Translations under genes and position numbers: made by a program | Source: a virus | Lineage: Duplodnaviria > Caudoviricetes | Direction: 5' to 3' (one strand) | DNA length: 64,000 bases | IMG/VR virus record: IMGVR_UViG_3300011890_000001 | Location: 205,066 to 269,065 of that record | In this document: in pieces, positions 19,986 to 30,598 of the stretch | Position numbering within the stretch: the stretch's first letter is position 1 | How the letters are laid out: each line of letters starts with the position of its first letter | Notes under the pieces: model-generated | Told to the model about the DNA's origin: nothing | Databases searched by the model: none | The model's input: only the letters and a program-made list of their open reading frames with translations

Positions 19986-19997
19986 GGAAATGCCGTT

Positions 19998-20135
19998 ATG
20001 ACCAAACCCGCCAATCCGGAGCTTCTCATCCATTTGGTGAGGATGCTCAAGCAACGCGGCTACAGCGATGCGAGCATTGCAAGTCAACTCAGGGTTGATC
20101 TAGCCACTGTGCGCAAACACACTGAAACCAATTAA
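19998..20135 (+). CDS. Small helix-turn-helix protein (45 aa; below the ORF-track cutoff)
   Basis: MTKPANPELLIHLVRMLKQRGYSDASIASQLRVDLATVRKHTETN; G-Y-S...IA..L.V...TV HTH pattern; AGGA RBS. Confidence 0.6.
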   Translation: MTKPANPELLIHLVRMLKQRGYSDASIASQLRVDLATVRKHTETN

Positions 20136-20154
20136 CCGACTACCTTAGGCCAAT

Positions 20155-20643
20155 ATGAAGAAGCGAAAGACTACCACCTCGATCGATTACAGCAAGCTTA
20201 CCGGCGTCAAACGCGGTCGTCTCACTTTTGTGAGCCTTGTTGGCGAAGTCGCAGGTGAGGATACTCGCTGGCTTGTTCACTGTTCTTGTGGACTTGTAGT
20301 TGAACGCCGTGCGGCTGCCATCTACTTTGGGCGCGTCAAGTCCTGTGGTTGCTTTAAGACCGAGAGTTTGATCCGGCGGATGACCACGCACGGTGACTGT
20401 AGGTCGCCGGAGTGGCGCTGCTGGAGTAACATCCTGAATATCCAGAAAGCTATACGAGCCGGGAAGATCCACGGTAGCGACTTCACTATCTGTCGACGTT
20501 GGCAGCACAGTTATTCTGCCTTCCTCGAAGACATGGGTCGACGCCCTCATCCGAAATCCCGCCTCCGCAGGATTGACCTGAAGAAGGGCTTCAGTAAGGA
20601 CAATTGCTTTTGGATGGCGCCAGGACCAAAAGCCAAAATCTAA
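20155..20643 (+). CDS. Free-standing HNH-type homing-endonuclease-like protein, possibly degenerate
   Basis: GRLT...WLVHCSCG...KSCGC...THG...ICRRW..Y.AFLEDMG.RP...RID...NCFW architecture typical of phage HNH/AP2-associated proteins. Confidence 0.7.
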   Translation: MKKRKTTTSIDYSKLTGVKRGRLTFVSLVGEVAGEDTRWLVHCSCGLVVERRAAAIYFGRVKSCGCFKTESLIRRMTTHGDCRSPEWRCWSNILNIQKAIRAGKIHGSDFTICRRWQHSYSAFLEDMGRRPHPKSRLRRIDLKKGFSKDNCFWMAPGPKAKI

Positions 20644-20655
20644 GGAGTAGACGCC

Positions 20656-21126
20656 ATGCGCGCCTTCACTATCCAAGTAGCCAAATGGCGACTGGCTAAG
20701 CAGCACAATGTTGAGTTTATCGACACGACCGTGAAAGGCGGCTACAGTCCGTTCGCACCGACCTGGGATATGGTCATGGGGCACAAGAACGGTACGATGT
20801 CAGATGAAGAATACAAGGACCTGTACTGGCACAAGCTGGTCCAGTCCTGGAAGTCTCGCCGCGAAGACTGGATGAAGATCATCCAGGATCCCACACCGGT
20901 CGCCCTGGCTTGCTATTGCAAGGAGGGTACCTTCTGTCATCGCTTGCTGTTGGTTGAGTTTCTTCAGAAGCTGTGCAAGCAACTGAACGTCGAGTTTGAA
21001 TACTACGGCGAACTTACCAACACCCCCACTGAAAAGAAAGAGAACAAAGACCATGTCCAATCTGATCAAGGAACTGTTCAGTCGCCGACTGCAGAGCATC
21101 GTGGGAACGAACCAGACGGAGCTTGA
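20656..21126 (+). CDS. DUF488-like protein
   Basis: FAPTWDMV...EEY...LACYC...FCHR motif set; AAGGAG RBS. Confidence 0.65.
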   Translation: MRAFTIQVAKWRLAKQHNVEFIDTTVKGGYSPFAPTWDMVMGHKNGTMSDEEYKDLYWHKLVQSWKSRREDWMKIIQDPTPVALACYCKEGTFCHRLLLVEFLQKLCKQLNVEFEYYGELTNTPTEKKENKDHVQSDQGTVQSPTAEHRGNEPDGA

Positions 21127-21502
21127 TGCTTCCGACATCAAGCCGGATAGCCCGATCCAGGCGGAAGAAGAACATCCGACGTATTTCAAGTTGTTGGATG
21201 CTTTCGCCTATATTCGCGATATCCTTCAGCCCCACCTGCATGCAACGCATATCGAGTCCATGCTTCGCAATCTCTACGCCATGAGCGATGAGGAGCTGGA
21301 CGAGCAGATCGAGATCGGGCGCAACAACGTACCGGACGAACTGGCGCGTTGGGTGCGTGAGAAGAAGATCCCGCAAAAGTACCGCGAGCAGTGTGTGGAT
21401 TTCTATCTCAAGGTACAGCAGCTGGATCAGTCTGCAATTTCCACTTTGTCCCAGCGGCGTTGGGAGGAGTTCTCTTACTGGGTGACACACAATGTCGAAT
21501 AA
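21053..21502 (+). CDS. Hypothetical protein
   Basis: ATG 21053 overlapping the previous gene, 149 aa. Confidence 0.6.
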   Translation: MSNLIKELFSRRLQSIVGTNQTELDASDIKPDSPIQAEEEHPTYFKLLDAFAYIRDILQPHLHATHIESMLRNLYAMSDEELDEQIEIGRNNVPDELARWVREKKIPQKYREQCVDFYLKVQQLDQSAISTLSQRRWEEFSYWVTHNVE

Positions 21503-21881
21503 CGAGGTATTGATCGGCATTCCTGAAATCACGGACGTCTTCCCCAACAATCCGTTCGATCACTCCGTCATCGATGGCATCTGGAAAGCACACCTGCCTG
21601 AGCTGGTTCACACGACCGTGCGCTTTATCAACGGCGATTGTAGTCGTAGTGAAAATGCGACTGCGCTGAGTCTGCTGGTTGCCGAGGGCGATAGCCTCTT
21701 TGAAAAGTTCCGTAATCCGGAACACAGCGAGTACTACGTGATCTATCAGGTTTTGGTAACCAAGGGATTCTTCGACGACTCCGAGCTGGCACCGGAAATG
21801 CTGCGTTTGCTCAATGAACCCTCTATCATGAAGCAGGGTTATTTGAAGAGCCTGCGGGCCGCTGCTGAGAAAACCCAGTAA
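21492..21881 (+). CDS. Hypothetical protein
   Basis: Coupled to the upstream gene, 129 aa, followed by a terminator. Confidence 0.6.
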   Translation: MSNNEVLIGIPEITDVFPNNPFDHSVIDGIWKAHLPELVHTTVRFINGDCSRSENATALSLLVAEGDSLFEKFRNPEHSEYYVIYQVLVTKGFFDDSELAPEMLRLLNEPSIMKQGYLKSLRAAAEKTQ

Positions 21882-21885
21882 CATC

Positions 21886-21985
21886 CATAAGCCCTCCGTC
21901 CCTTATCGGGACGGAGGGCGCTATGCTGTCTTTTTTTTTTTGCTTAACGGCATAACGCGGGAGGTTTCCCTCCCGCGCATGCTTT
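21886..21985. terminator. Back-to-back terminators between convergent operons
   Basis: gccctccgtccc/gggacggagggc plus T11, and gcgggagg/cctcccgc with a CGGCATAA flank. Confidence 0.8.
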
Positions 21986-21990
21986 GAACC

Positions 21991-22875
21991 TTACGGCTGA
22001 CGGATCGGCTGACCGATCGTAGCGGCGTTGCGCAGCTGCTCCACGTAACCGTTCTCGGTATCCCGCACGTACGGGTCGATCTGGTTGGTGAAGGCATTGA
22101 ACAGGTTCGGGTTGGCACCGGCCAGGTTCATACCGTCCAGACGGGACTGGGCGAACTCGTCGACGCGACGACCCACCATGGTCAGAGCGGTGAACTCGAT
22201 GTTGTAGTCCACCGACTCGCCACCCTGGGTCAGGTCACGACGACCGTCCACGGTTGCGATCTGGTTGGTCGGACGCATGTTGGTGATCAGCCATGCCTTA
22301 CCGGTCTGAACCTTGGTGTAGGTCGGATCGGGTTCGAAGAACAGCATGGTGGCACCGGTGTAGTCCGGCAGCAGGTCAGCCGGCTTACGGCCGGTAGCGA
22401 TGATGCCCGGGGCCTTGGAGGCCGGATCCATCATCAGCATCTGCACCCAGCCTTCCAGGAAGTGGCGGATGGGCATGCCGTACTTTTCGGTCCAGGTGAA
22501 GGACGGGTTGGAACGAGCACGGGTCACATTGCTCAGATCCTGCTGCATTTCACCGGCACCGCCAACGGCGTTTTCGATGTGTTCCACGGTCAGAGTGGAG
22601 TTCAGACCTTCGATGGACTTGGGGTGCAGTTCCACCAGGTTCTTCAGCGCCTTCTCCCACATTTCCGGATTGTCCAGATCGCGGAAACCGCGCGGCGGAC
22701 GCACCAGGAGGCAGATGATGTTACGGCGAACGTAAGCGGAGTTACCAACGTAACCGCTCAAGTCCGGCGCAAAGCCCTGAAGGCCGCCGATGCTCAGATC
22801 CACCATCGGGGTGGCAGCATTCTTGCCGTAGGCGACCTTTTGCAGGATGGTACCCTGCAGTCGAGTGTTGCTCAT
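21991..22875 (-). CDS. Tail tube protein (phiKZ gp30-like)
   Basis: 294 aa directly downstream of the sheath; YVRRNIIC, FFEPDP motifs; high codon bias. Confidence 0.8.
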   Translation of the reverse strand: MSNTRLQGTILQKVAYGKNAATPMVDLSIGGLQGFAPDLSGYVGNSAYVRRNIICLLVRPPRGFRDLDNPEMWEKALKNLVELHPKSIEGLNSTLTVEHIENAVGGAGEMQQDLSNVTRARSNPSFTWTEKYGMPIRHFLEGWVQMLMMDPASKAPGIIATGRKPADLLPDYTGATMLFFEPDPTYTKVQTGKAWLITNMRPTNQIATVDGRRDLTQGGESVDYNIEFTALTMVGRRVDEFAQSRLDGMNLAGANPNLFNAFTNQIDPYVRDTENGYVEQLRNAATIGQPIRQP

Positions 22876-22928
22876 TTTCTATTTCCTCGGTTAAACAAAT
22901 GGTCGGGAAGAGGGTGAAGCCGCGGAGG

Positions 22929-25040
22929 TTAGTCCGCGGTCACGATATCTTCGCTACGGGCCGCTTCGATGGTGTACACGCCCACGGTGGACATGTTCTG
23001 ACCGGCCATGGTGATCACAGTGCGCCAGCTGTAACCGCGATCCTGGTCGGCCTTGGTGTAGTAGGTCCGGCAGCTGATCTGTGCGCGACCATCGTAGCAA
23101 CCTTCGACATCGGCCATGATCATTTCGTCCGAACGAGCGGCGAACTGGGCCTTGGTCAGACGACCGCTGATGCCGGTCAGGTTGCGGTAGGCGCGCTGAG
23201 CAACCTTCTCCAGGTCCGTGATGATACGGGCGTTGAAGTAGGAGTTCAGCACCGAGGTGTCGTCATCATAGACGGTCTGGATGCCCGGGTAGTACATGCT
23301 GCGCATGTCGTAGGACTGTGCGCTGATCATACCGGCAGCCCAGTCTGCTCGGCGAGCCGAGTAGGGCAGGAACTTGACGTTGTGATCGCGGTAACCTTCG
23401 ATCTGGTTGTTCGGCGACTCGTCGAAAGCAGCGGCGCGATTCCAGATGCGGTTGCCGGCACCCATGTAGCTGGCGGCCTTCTTGGCGAAGCCGTGGATGA
23501 AGGGCAGGTGCTTATGGCCATTCACGCCGCGGTACTTCGAACCCAGACGGATACCGGCATGCGGGTGCACCGACACGCGGCAGGCACCGGTACCGTAGAT
23601 TTCCGATTCCGGGTACAGGCGTGCGGCATTACGCAGCGACTGAGCGATCGAGGTATCCTGGGCCGGGGTGTTCAGCGGCTTCGACACGTCCTGGGTGCAG
23701 ACGTTGATGAACACGTCCTTACGGTGTGCGAGCGGGGTGAAGAACGCCAGCTTGGTATCCAGGGTGAAACCCGAGTCGTAGTAGTCCGACAGCGGGAAAC
23801 GTGCCAGATCCAGGACATCGGTACCGGTCGAACCGTAGTTCAGCATTTCATTGCGAACCAGGGCATCGAACGAATCGAAGGTCATGGTACCGTCCGAACC
23901 GCCAGCTGCCCAGTGGGCAGTGTTCTCGGACAGTCGGATACCGCCTTCAGCCACACCACCCAGCTCGAAGCTGTAGTACGGAACACCATCGGCCGACATA
24001 GCGGAGAACGGGTTCACGGCGTACAGGTATTCACTGTCAGCGTCGATTTCCGGAACCGGCAGGGTGCCCAGCGGTGCTTCGGTTTCGCCGATCATCGCCA
24101 GAACCATTTCCAGGTTATCGGTGTAGATCTTCACGCGGCCGAACTGACCGTACTGTGCAACCACGCCCGGGGTGTCCAGATCCTGGTAGCTGTTGACGAA
24201 AATATCGCCCAGGAACAGTTCCGAGTCGGACGTGGTGTCGATGGCGCCCGGCTTCAGGGAGAAGTCGATGCTCTGCACACCCGACAGGGTTTCGTCGACA
24301 TTCACGGTGGAGGTGGCGTCCATACGGGAGACCACGGCCAGTCGATAAATGTGCGACTTGGTGCTGTTGTACATGGCCGAATTCATCGGCTGGTTCGACG
24401 CGAAGGTCGGAGCAACCAGACGGATACCGGAGTTGTTACCCTTGGCACCGAAGAAGTTGTGTTCGAACTCCAGGATCGGGATGACCTGCGACTGGGTCTG
24501 ATCGGTAGCAACCAGACCGCCAGCCTTGACGGCGACTTCGCCGAACGGCTGTGCGACACCGCCGACTTCCCAGTCGTTCAGCACCCAACGTGCACGGTGA
24601 CCCGGGATCGTAGCCGGACCGGTGGTGACCGGGATCTTGTTGCCGGCCTGGTTCAGGGCGAAAGTGCCGTCGGCATTGCGCTCGTACTGCGGGACGGCGT
24701 CAGCGACGATATCCAGCGACAGCAGGACGCGCGGCTTCGGGCCGGCATCGGCCGGAATCACACGCTGGACGAAAATCTGGTTACCTTCGCCCAGAACTTC
24801 CATAGCCAGTTCGGTCTGGTGATTGTAGTAGTCCGAACGCGGGTCGAAGGTCTTCTGACCGAACACCACCGAGGCCGAGGAACCGACCAGGGTCGGGCCT
24901 ACCGGACCGGTTTCTGCGAACAGAAAGACGTGCGGAAGATGGGTAGGGGTCTGCTCCGGCTCACGGGCCGGAGTGCGACGGCTGAGGTCCCGGGTGCCCT
25001 CCAGGATCAGGTTGGGCGTTGCGGAAGTGATAATGCTCAT
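22929..25040 (-). CDS. Contractile tail sheath protein (phiKZ gp29-like)
   Basis: 703 aa; PTHLPH.F.FAE.GP, YDSGFTLDTK, YPESEIYGT, TVYDDDTSVLNS motifs. Confidence 0.88.
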   Translation of the reverse strand: MSIITSATPNLILEGTRDLSRRTPAREPEQTPTHLPHVFLFAETGPVGPTLVGSSASVVFGQKTFDPRSDYYNHQTELAMEVLGEGNQIFVQRVIPADAGPKPRVLLSLDIVADAVPQYERNADGTFALNQAGNKIPVTTGPATIPGHRARWVLNDWEVGGVAQPFGEVAVKAGGLVATDQTQSQVIPILEFEHNFFGAKGNNSGIRLVAPTFASNQPMNSAMYNSTKSHIYRLAVVSRMDATSTVNVDETLSGVQSIDFSLKPGAIDTTSDSELFLGDIFVNSYQDLDTPGVVAQYGQFGRVKIYTDNLEMVLAMIGETEAPLGTLPVPEIDADSEYLYAVNPFSAMSADGVPYYSFELGGVAEGGIRLSENTAHWAAGGSDGTMTFDSFDALVRNEMLNYGSTGTDVLDLARFPLSDYYDSGFTLDTKLAFFTPLAHRKDVFINVCTQDVSKPLNTPAQDTSIAQSLRNAARLYPESEIYGTGACRVSVHPHAGIRLGSKYRGVNGHKHLPFIHGFAKKAASYMGAGNRIWNRAAAFDESPNNQIEGYRDHNVKFLPYSARRADWAAGMISAQSYDMRSMYYPGIQTVYDDDTSVLNSYFNARIITDLEKVAQRAYRNLTGISGRLTKAQFAARSDEMIMADVEGCYDGRAQISCRTYYTKADQDRGYSWRTVITMAGQNMSTVGVYTIEAARSEDIVTAD

Positions 25041-25253
25041 TTGTTGAAGCTCCTAGGAACTGTTGGACAGTTTGAATCCATCATGCGGTTACCAAAATCG
25101 GGAACGCGACTCCCAATTTGAGACGGTACACGCAATCGTATGCTGACTAATGCTATAGCAATGGAGTGATGTCGCGCATCATAGTAATAGGCGTAGAAAA
25201 AAACACACATTGACTTCTTTTCTTCCCTACTCATTTCGCTGCAGGAGTGCATA

Positions 25254-26174
25254 ATGTTTAAAACCCCTTATCAAACCACGGTGGGCAGCTCCTACGCACA
25301 CCTCGTACCGACCGTTTCGTCTGCTCTCCAGCGCGCCCACATCCACGGTGATCTCCATGAAGCCAAGCTGCTTGATGGTCGACGTGTCGAAGGTGTGGTG
25401 ATGGTGGGTGGCAATATCACCGACATCAAACCGTTTCCTTTCCCGATCGAATTCGAAGTCAGCGGCGAGAAGCTGATTGCTGTGGACGTACGTATGTGTA
25501 CCCGCTATAACCGAGGGGAAGACCTCAAGGTTGTGGCTGGTGGCGACTACGAAGGTCTGCTCCTTCGTGCATCGTTGATGCGCTATTGGAGTGCCGGCGG
25601 AAATCGCGAGATGCGCCGCTGGAACGAGATCGCTGTCAAGGCATTTGTACGCATCACCTCTGAAGCTCTGATTCGCCGACTGAACCTGCCTCCTGCCGAC
25701 CAGCAGGCCGTGATCGCCATGTGCGGTTATTTCTATTTTGCCGGTTTTATCGGAGCTGAGATTTCGGCTGTCGAAAAGGAAGTGATTGCAGTGGCGGTGG
25801 CTCGCGCTACCCGTCTGCCGATTGCTACGGCAACTGACGTCATCATGCGCGAAGGTCCGGTTCCGGTTTCGCTTCAGGACTTCACCGACGCACTGCGAGG
25901 CGCCATCAATAGCCCGCGTCTGGAACACCTGGACGCTGCTACCATCATCAGCCTGATGGGCGGTATCTGGTTTGGCGCCAATGCCAAGGCCGTGATCGCC
26001 GTTGCTCTGGAATACCGTCCGTTCTGGATGGCGCTCATTTTCCAGGCACTGCAAGATCGCACCTTCGGAAACTCCAACCTCACCAAGATTGTGGAGCAGG
26101 AAAATCGCAACCGTGCCGCAACGGCATTTGTGCGTGAGCTTTCCTATGCTCTGGAGATTGAATCGGATGACTGA
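25254..26174 (+). CDS. Virion structural protein (gp28-like)
   Basis: AGGAG RBS; MFKTPYQTT start; divergent from the sheath gene as in phiKZ. Confidence 0.65.
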   Translation: MFKTPYQTTVGSSYAHLVPTVSSALQRAHIHGDLHEAKLLDGRRVEGVVMVGGNITDIKPFPFPIEFEVSGEKLIAVDVRMCTRYNRGEDLKVVAGGDYEGLLLRASLMRYWSAGGNREMRRWNEIAVKAFVRITSEALIRRLNLPPADQQAVIAMCGYFYFAGFIGAEISAVEKEVIAVAVARATRLPIATATDVIMREGPVPVSLQDFTDALRGAINSPRLEHLDAATIISLMGGIWFGANAKAVIAVALEYRPFWMALIFQALQDRTFGNSNLTKIVEQENRNRAATAFVRELSYALEIESDD

Positions 26175-28743
26175 CGTACTCACCGACCACGCGATCAAAC
26201 ACGTGTGGTGCACGCCCAATCAGGACTTGCAGGTGATCTACGAACCGCAGCGGATTACGAAGCCGCGGGGAAGCCGTGGTGAGATTTCCTACAACTGGCA
26301 TGTGTACCCCATGCCGACGCCTACGGAAGTCTTCCACGTTTTTGTGATTGGCCAGTACCCGCCCGAGTTTGTCGGGCTGGACACAACGCGCAACCTCTGG
26401 CGTACTCTGGGCTCGATCATGGAATCTGAACGACTTTACGCCGACATCTACACGGCCACTGGCCGTCAGTTGGTTCGACGTGACGTTTACGTTCTGGTTA
26501 CCCAAGACCGTAATCTGCTAGTGGCTGTCCGCGCGCAAGATCGCGTGGTCAATGCCCGCGAGGAGCAGATCTTCCTGCGTCTGTATTCCAATGCCTTCTA
26601 TTACTCCAATCAGGGGCGGCTGGGCGATTATGAAATCGTCTGTCGCGCTAAGGAAGTGCGATCCGCACAGGAAGCGTTGGACTTCCAGCGTCTCTACCAC
26701 AGCTATCGTGACCGTACTGTAGGGGCAACCCTGCTCTTCGTCAATGGTTTCTACACCGACGATTACCGACCCAATGACTACGTCGTTGGCGACAAGCTGG
26801 AGTTTGTCTACGACAGCAGCATCAAGATGGTGAAGGAGTTCGCTCTGCGCCGCACACCTACCTTCGAGTCTAACAAGGATGACAAGCGTAAGTATCTGCT
26901 CTGCTGGGACGGCGATCAGATCCCCGAGGCGATGATCGACTATCGTGATGACATTGATGTCTACCTGACCAAGAAAACCGGCAACCGTCACAAGGGTCTG
27001 TACTACCACAAGAACAACGACGACGCACTGCGTCAAGTCACTCATCGCGACTACAGTATTGTTGTCGATTACGTGGCTAGCTACCAGTCCAGTATGTTGG
27101 ACCGTGGGTGGGATACGCTCGATGACGTTTGGGTCAAGTTGTTTATTCGTCACTCTGGCTATCAGCGCCCATTGGCGGATGAAAACAACCGCATCAAGGA
27201 ACTGTATAAGCTCCCCTACACCGATCGCGTAAAGGCGATGGTGGGTGTGGACGCCACGCTGGAGAACTGGCGTGCTGAAACGCTGGAGGCTTCCCCGTAC
27301 ATCAACTTGATGGATCTGCGTCGACGCTATATCACCAATGACTTGGTGCGTGACGCCTACGGATACAATGCTGTCTCTGCCATTGTGGGCAATACACCCC
27401 AACCGATCGTGGTACAGGGCGACTGGCGTTATGTCGAACTGCCTTTCGGTTTGCAGAATCTGTCGACAGCTTTTGAGATCGACAGCGCTGGCAAGCTGAT
27501 TTCCAGCTACCTCCACACCTCTGGCTTTTTCTACACTGCGTTCAATCCTAATTGTGCGATGGTGGAGATGATCGGCGGTCGGGGTGGTCGGCAGTTGGAT
27601 ATGCGTTTTGCTGAACAGAACGTGACGATCGACCAAACGCGCAGCTACCGCTTCTACGTGGCTGAGATCAATCAAGGACTGGTGCTTAATCACACGTGGC
27701 AGGACGTCACTGGGGACGACACCAAGTACGCAATCATCGACGAAAAGGTGGTGTGGTTTGTCGACCTTAATCTCTTTGCGGTCTGCGTCGCTTCAGACGC
27801 CTACTTCCTCAATTACGAGGAAACCCTACCGGCACGCGATGGACTCTACCGATTCTCTGTCAATGCCACCACCAAGTGGGCCGGGGAAGATCGTACTGGC
27901 GTTGCTGTCATTCCTCCTGGTCGCCTCGATCTTTGGCTCAATGATGAATGCTTGATTGAAGGGCTGGACTACTTCGTCAAGTGGCCCGAAATCGTCATCA
28001 CCAATAAGCGTTACCTAAACGCCGCTGGTCGACAAAAGGTACGCGTGCGTTGCTCGGGGTTCTGCGACTCCGATATGCAGCGCCCTGAACCTGCCGATTA
28101 CGGATTTGTCCGCTACGGTCGACTGTCGCGCAATAGCCGCTTTGACATCCGCGATGATCGCGTGATGCGCTTCGTGGTAAATGGTCGCACGTATGACCGC
28201 AGTGTTCTGGAGTTCATTGAAGATGACCCGTCGCTCTACATGCAGAACGTACCCAACGGTGCACCTTATGTGATTGACGATGTCGTCGTACCGCTGCGTC
28301 GGGTTACTGATGCAGACACGTATGAGTTCCGGGATAAGTCACGGGAGATCGACAAGAAGGTTTCCGATTACCTCACCATGAAACTGCCGGAGCCGGTCGA
28401 ACCGAATCCGGATCAGATTCTGGAACGGTATGAGATCTTCAGTCCGTTTGCAGCTACGGTGATGCACGATCTGGTAAACGGGGTGCTCTCCACCGACCAG
28501 TTCTTGGGCCACTACAGCGACATGGACGTGAGGCGCGTTTTGGAACCGCTCTACGGGTGGCTTCTGGAGTACGACCCCACCACCCATGAGTTGGACCTGG
28601 AGCACGTGCACGTCCATCCGCATGAACGTTACACTGAAGTCGAACTGGACATTTGGCAGTACAATCTGCTGAATCGGGCTATCAAGGTATTCCTGGATGA
28701 TAAGGTGGACATCACCCGCTTTGTCCGGATTCGTGGCGCCTGA
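26167..28743 (+). CDS. Virion structural protein (gp27-like, probable baseplate)
   Basis: ATG 26167 overlaps the upstream stop (GGAG RBS); HVWC.P.QD motif; 858 aa. Confidence 0.7.
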   Translation: MTDVLTDHAIKHVWCTPNQDLQVIYEPQRITKPRGSRGEISYNWHVYPMPTPTEVFHVFVIGQYPPEFVGLDTTRNLWRTLGSIMESERLYADIYTATGRQLVRRDVYVLVTQDRNLLVAVRAQDRVVNAREEQIFLRLYSNAFYYSNQGRLGDYEIVCRAKEVRSAQEALDFQRLYHSYRDRTVGATLLFVNGFYTDDYRPNDYVVGDKLEFVYDSSIKMVKEFALRRTPTFESNKDDKRKYLLCWDGDQIPEAMIDYRDDIDVYLTKKTGNRHKGLYYHKNNDDALRQVTHRDYSIVVDYVASYQSSMLDRGWDTLDDVWVKLFIRHSGYQRPLADENNRIKELYKLPYTDRVKAMVGVDATLENWRAETLEASPYINLMDLRRRYITNDLVRDAYGYNAVSAIVGNTPQPIVVQGDWRYVELPFGLQNLSTAFEIDSAGKLISSYLHTSGFFYTAFNPNCAMVEMIGGRGGRQLDMRFAEQNVTIDQTRSYRFYVAEINQGLVLNHTWQDVTGDDTKYAIIDEKVVWFVDLNLFAVCVASDAYFLNYEETLPARDGLYRFSVNATTKWAGEDRTGVAVIPPGRLDLWLNDECLIEGLDYFVKWPEIVITNKRYLNAAGRQKVRVRCSGFCDSDMQRPEPADYGFVRYGRLSRNSRFDIRDDRVMRFVVNGRTYDRSVLEFIEDDPSLYMQNVPNGAPYVIDDVVVPLRRVTDADTYEFRDKSREIDKKVSDYLTMKLPEPVEPNPDQILERYEIFSPFAATVMHDLVNGVLSTDQFLGHYSDMDVRRVLEPLYGWLLEYDPTTHELDLEHVHVHPHERYTEVELDIWQYNLLNRAIKVFLDDKVDITRFVRIRGA

Positions 28744-28755
28744 CACAGTTATTCG

Positions 28756-28786
28756 TAGCAGGGGGTAGGTTCACTACCCCCTGCTG
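28756..28786. terminator. Stem-loop
   Basis: agcagggggtag/ctaccccctgct. Confidence 0.65.
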
Positions 28787-28816
28787 TCACGCACTACAAA
28801 ACTTTGGGAATGACAA

Positions 28817-30532
28817 ATGCCAACCAACACTCCGTCGGCCCTGCCGACTCTCATCATTGACCCGAATCGAGGTTATCGCGAGTGGCACATTCGCGAGATC
28901 TACGATCCGGGCAATCCGAACAGCGGGCAGTACGTCCCCAATAAGGACGATGCTGTACGTGACTGGACTCAAGGTATTCTGCGCGTCATCGCAGTCGACT
29001 ACACCACTGGTATCTCGCAGCTTCAGCGCTGGGAAGAGCCAGCCAACAGCAACGACAGTGTCTATGAAGACATTCTGATCGGCAGTGGTCCGGGCTATCA
29101 GTCTGAGTCGTTCCGGGCTTTCCTGGACACCAGTGTTTTCCCGCACACCCTGTCGCTGGACTCTCGTCTGCACTTTAAGGGAACCACCGTCAACTCGGTG
29201 AAGATCTTCCTGGGCTACGATGTTTCGGCACGCGGCACTGTGATCTCCTCGCTGTACGACACTGCAGGTAATCTGCTGGGCGAGAACATCCCGGTCGAAC
29301 CGGTGGCCACTTATGACCTGGAAGTCACCCTGCCTGGTGAAGCTTCCAATGTCGTGAACCTGGCCGTTAAGGCACCGCGTGTGGCCCACACCACCCACCG
29401 GATGCCTGACAACGAAGTCCTCACCGTCGTGGCCTACGACGTGCAAGGCGAGCCGCGTAGCAAGACCACGGTTCTGGTAAAGAACACCAGCTTCGTGCGG
29501 CGCATCGACGACTCCCTGAAGTACGTCCGCAGTATCCACGTGGAAACGCCGTTCCTGTTGCCGACCGACGACAAGACGATTGAGTATCCGATCAACATGC
29601 CGGTGCAGGGTCTGAACCTGTTTGGTGTGGCCACCTTCAGCGACGGCTCGACTGTACGCCTGCCGGTGGACGGTACCAAGTTCGAAATGGCTGGTCTGAG
29701 TAACTACGTCGCCACGATCCAGGGTCAGTCGGTTCCGCTGATGCTGACCTACCAGCTCAACGCCAACGAGTCGTCCTACCTCCTGCCTGCTGGTCCGAAC
29801 CGCCGTATCGCAGTTCCTTACTTTGCACGCACCCGAGAAACTGACGGTGCTTACTCGGTGAAGATCTTCGTCAATCCGGTGTGGGATGGTCTGCTCAACG
29901 GTTATAAGCTGGAGTTCCTGCTTTATAACCTGAACCGTCAGGCGGTCTATGATGTGACCCACCTCGTGACCTTCGCGTCCAACTCGGCTGTTTATGATCC
30001 GCTGAGCTACAACGTGAAACAACGCCTGGTGTTTGGCGTCAACATGCAGGACGTCGATCCGCAGTTCGCCGCATGGCGTCACACGCAGATCGTCGAACTC
30101 ACCCTGATCCGTGCCGGTAACTGGGGCGGCGTGGGCGACGCATGGCGCATCAGCTACACTCCGGGCCAGGCACCTGAGTACGGTACCGATGTCAAGGCGC
30201 GTTGCGAGTTCGTGAACACGAACCTGTATCGTTACGACATCTCCACCGGTGCAGCCACCCTGACCGAATGGTTGAGTAAGGTCTACGAACCGCTCAAGCC
30301 ACTGTTTGACTCCCGCGCTGAATCCGCACCGCCCGAACCGAACTTCTTCGTTCTGGTGGCCGGTGGTACGCGCACCGAATACCCGATCGAAAACTGGAAC
30401 CAGGTACTCACCGTTCCGGGTGGTGAAGCTGAAGGGCATCCCACCTGCGTTGAGTTTATTCGTAAGACTGCCAACAATGATCTCCAGTTGGCCGTCGCCG
30501 GTATGTTTACTCGACGGGTACAGTCCCTGTAA
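28817..30532 (+). CDS. Virion structural protein (gp26-like)
   Basis: 571 aa beta-rich protein between the gp27-like gene and terminase. Confidence 0.65.
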   Translation: MPTNTPSALPTLIIDPNRGYREWHIREIYDPGNPNSGQYVPNKDDAVRDWTQGILRVIAVDYTTGISQLQRWEEPANSNDSVYEDILIGSGPGYQSESFRAFLDTSVFPHTLSLDSRLHFKGTTVNSVKIFLGYDVSARGTVISSLYDTAGNLLGENIPVEPVATYDLEVTLPGEASNVVNLAVKAPRVAHTTHRMPDNEVLTVVAYDVQGEPRSKTTVLVKNTSFVRRIDDSLKYVRSIHVETPFLLPTDDKTIEYPINMPVQGLNLFGVATFSDGSTVRLPVDGTKFEMAGLSNYVATIQGQSVPLMLTYQLNANESSYLLPAGPNRRIAVPYFARTRETDGAYSVKIFVNPVWDGLLNGYKLEFLLYNLNRQAVYDVTHLVTFASNSAVYDPLSYNVKQRLVFGVNMQDVDPQFAAWRHTQIVELTLIRAGNWGGVGDAWRISYTPGQAPEYGTDVKARCEFVNTNLYRYDISTGAATLTEWLSKVYEPLKPLFDSRAESAPPEPNFFVLVAGGTRTEYPIENWNQVLTVPGGEAEGHPTCVEFIRKTANNDLQLAVAGMFTRRVQSL

Positions 30533-30537
30533 AACCA

Positions 30538-30571
30538 GCCTGGCTACAGCCCTCTCGGGCTGTAGCCAGGC
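30538..30571. terminator. Stem-loop
   Basis: gcctggctacagccc/gggctgtagccaggc. Confidence 0.65.
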
Positions 30572-30598
30572 GTGGTCTGACCCTTAGGAACATATGCC

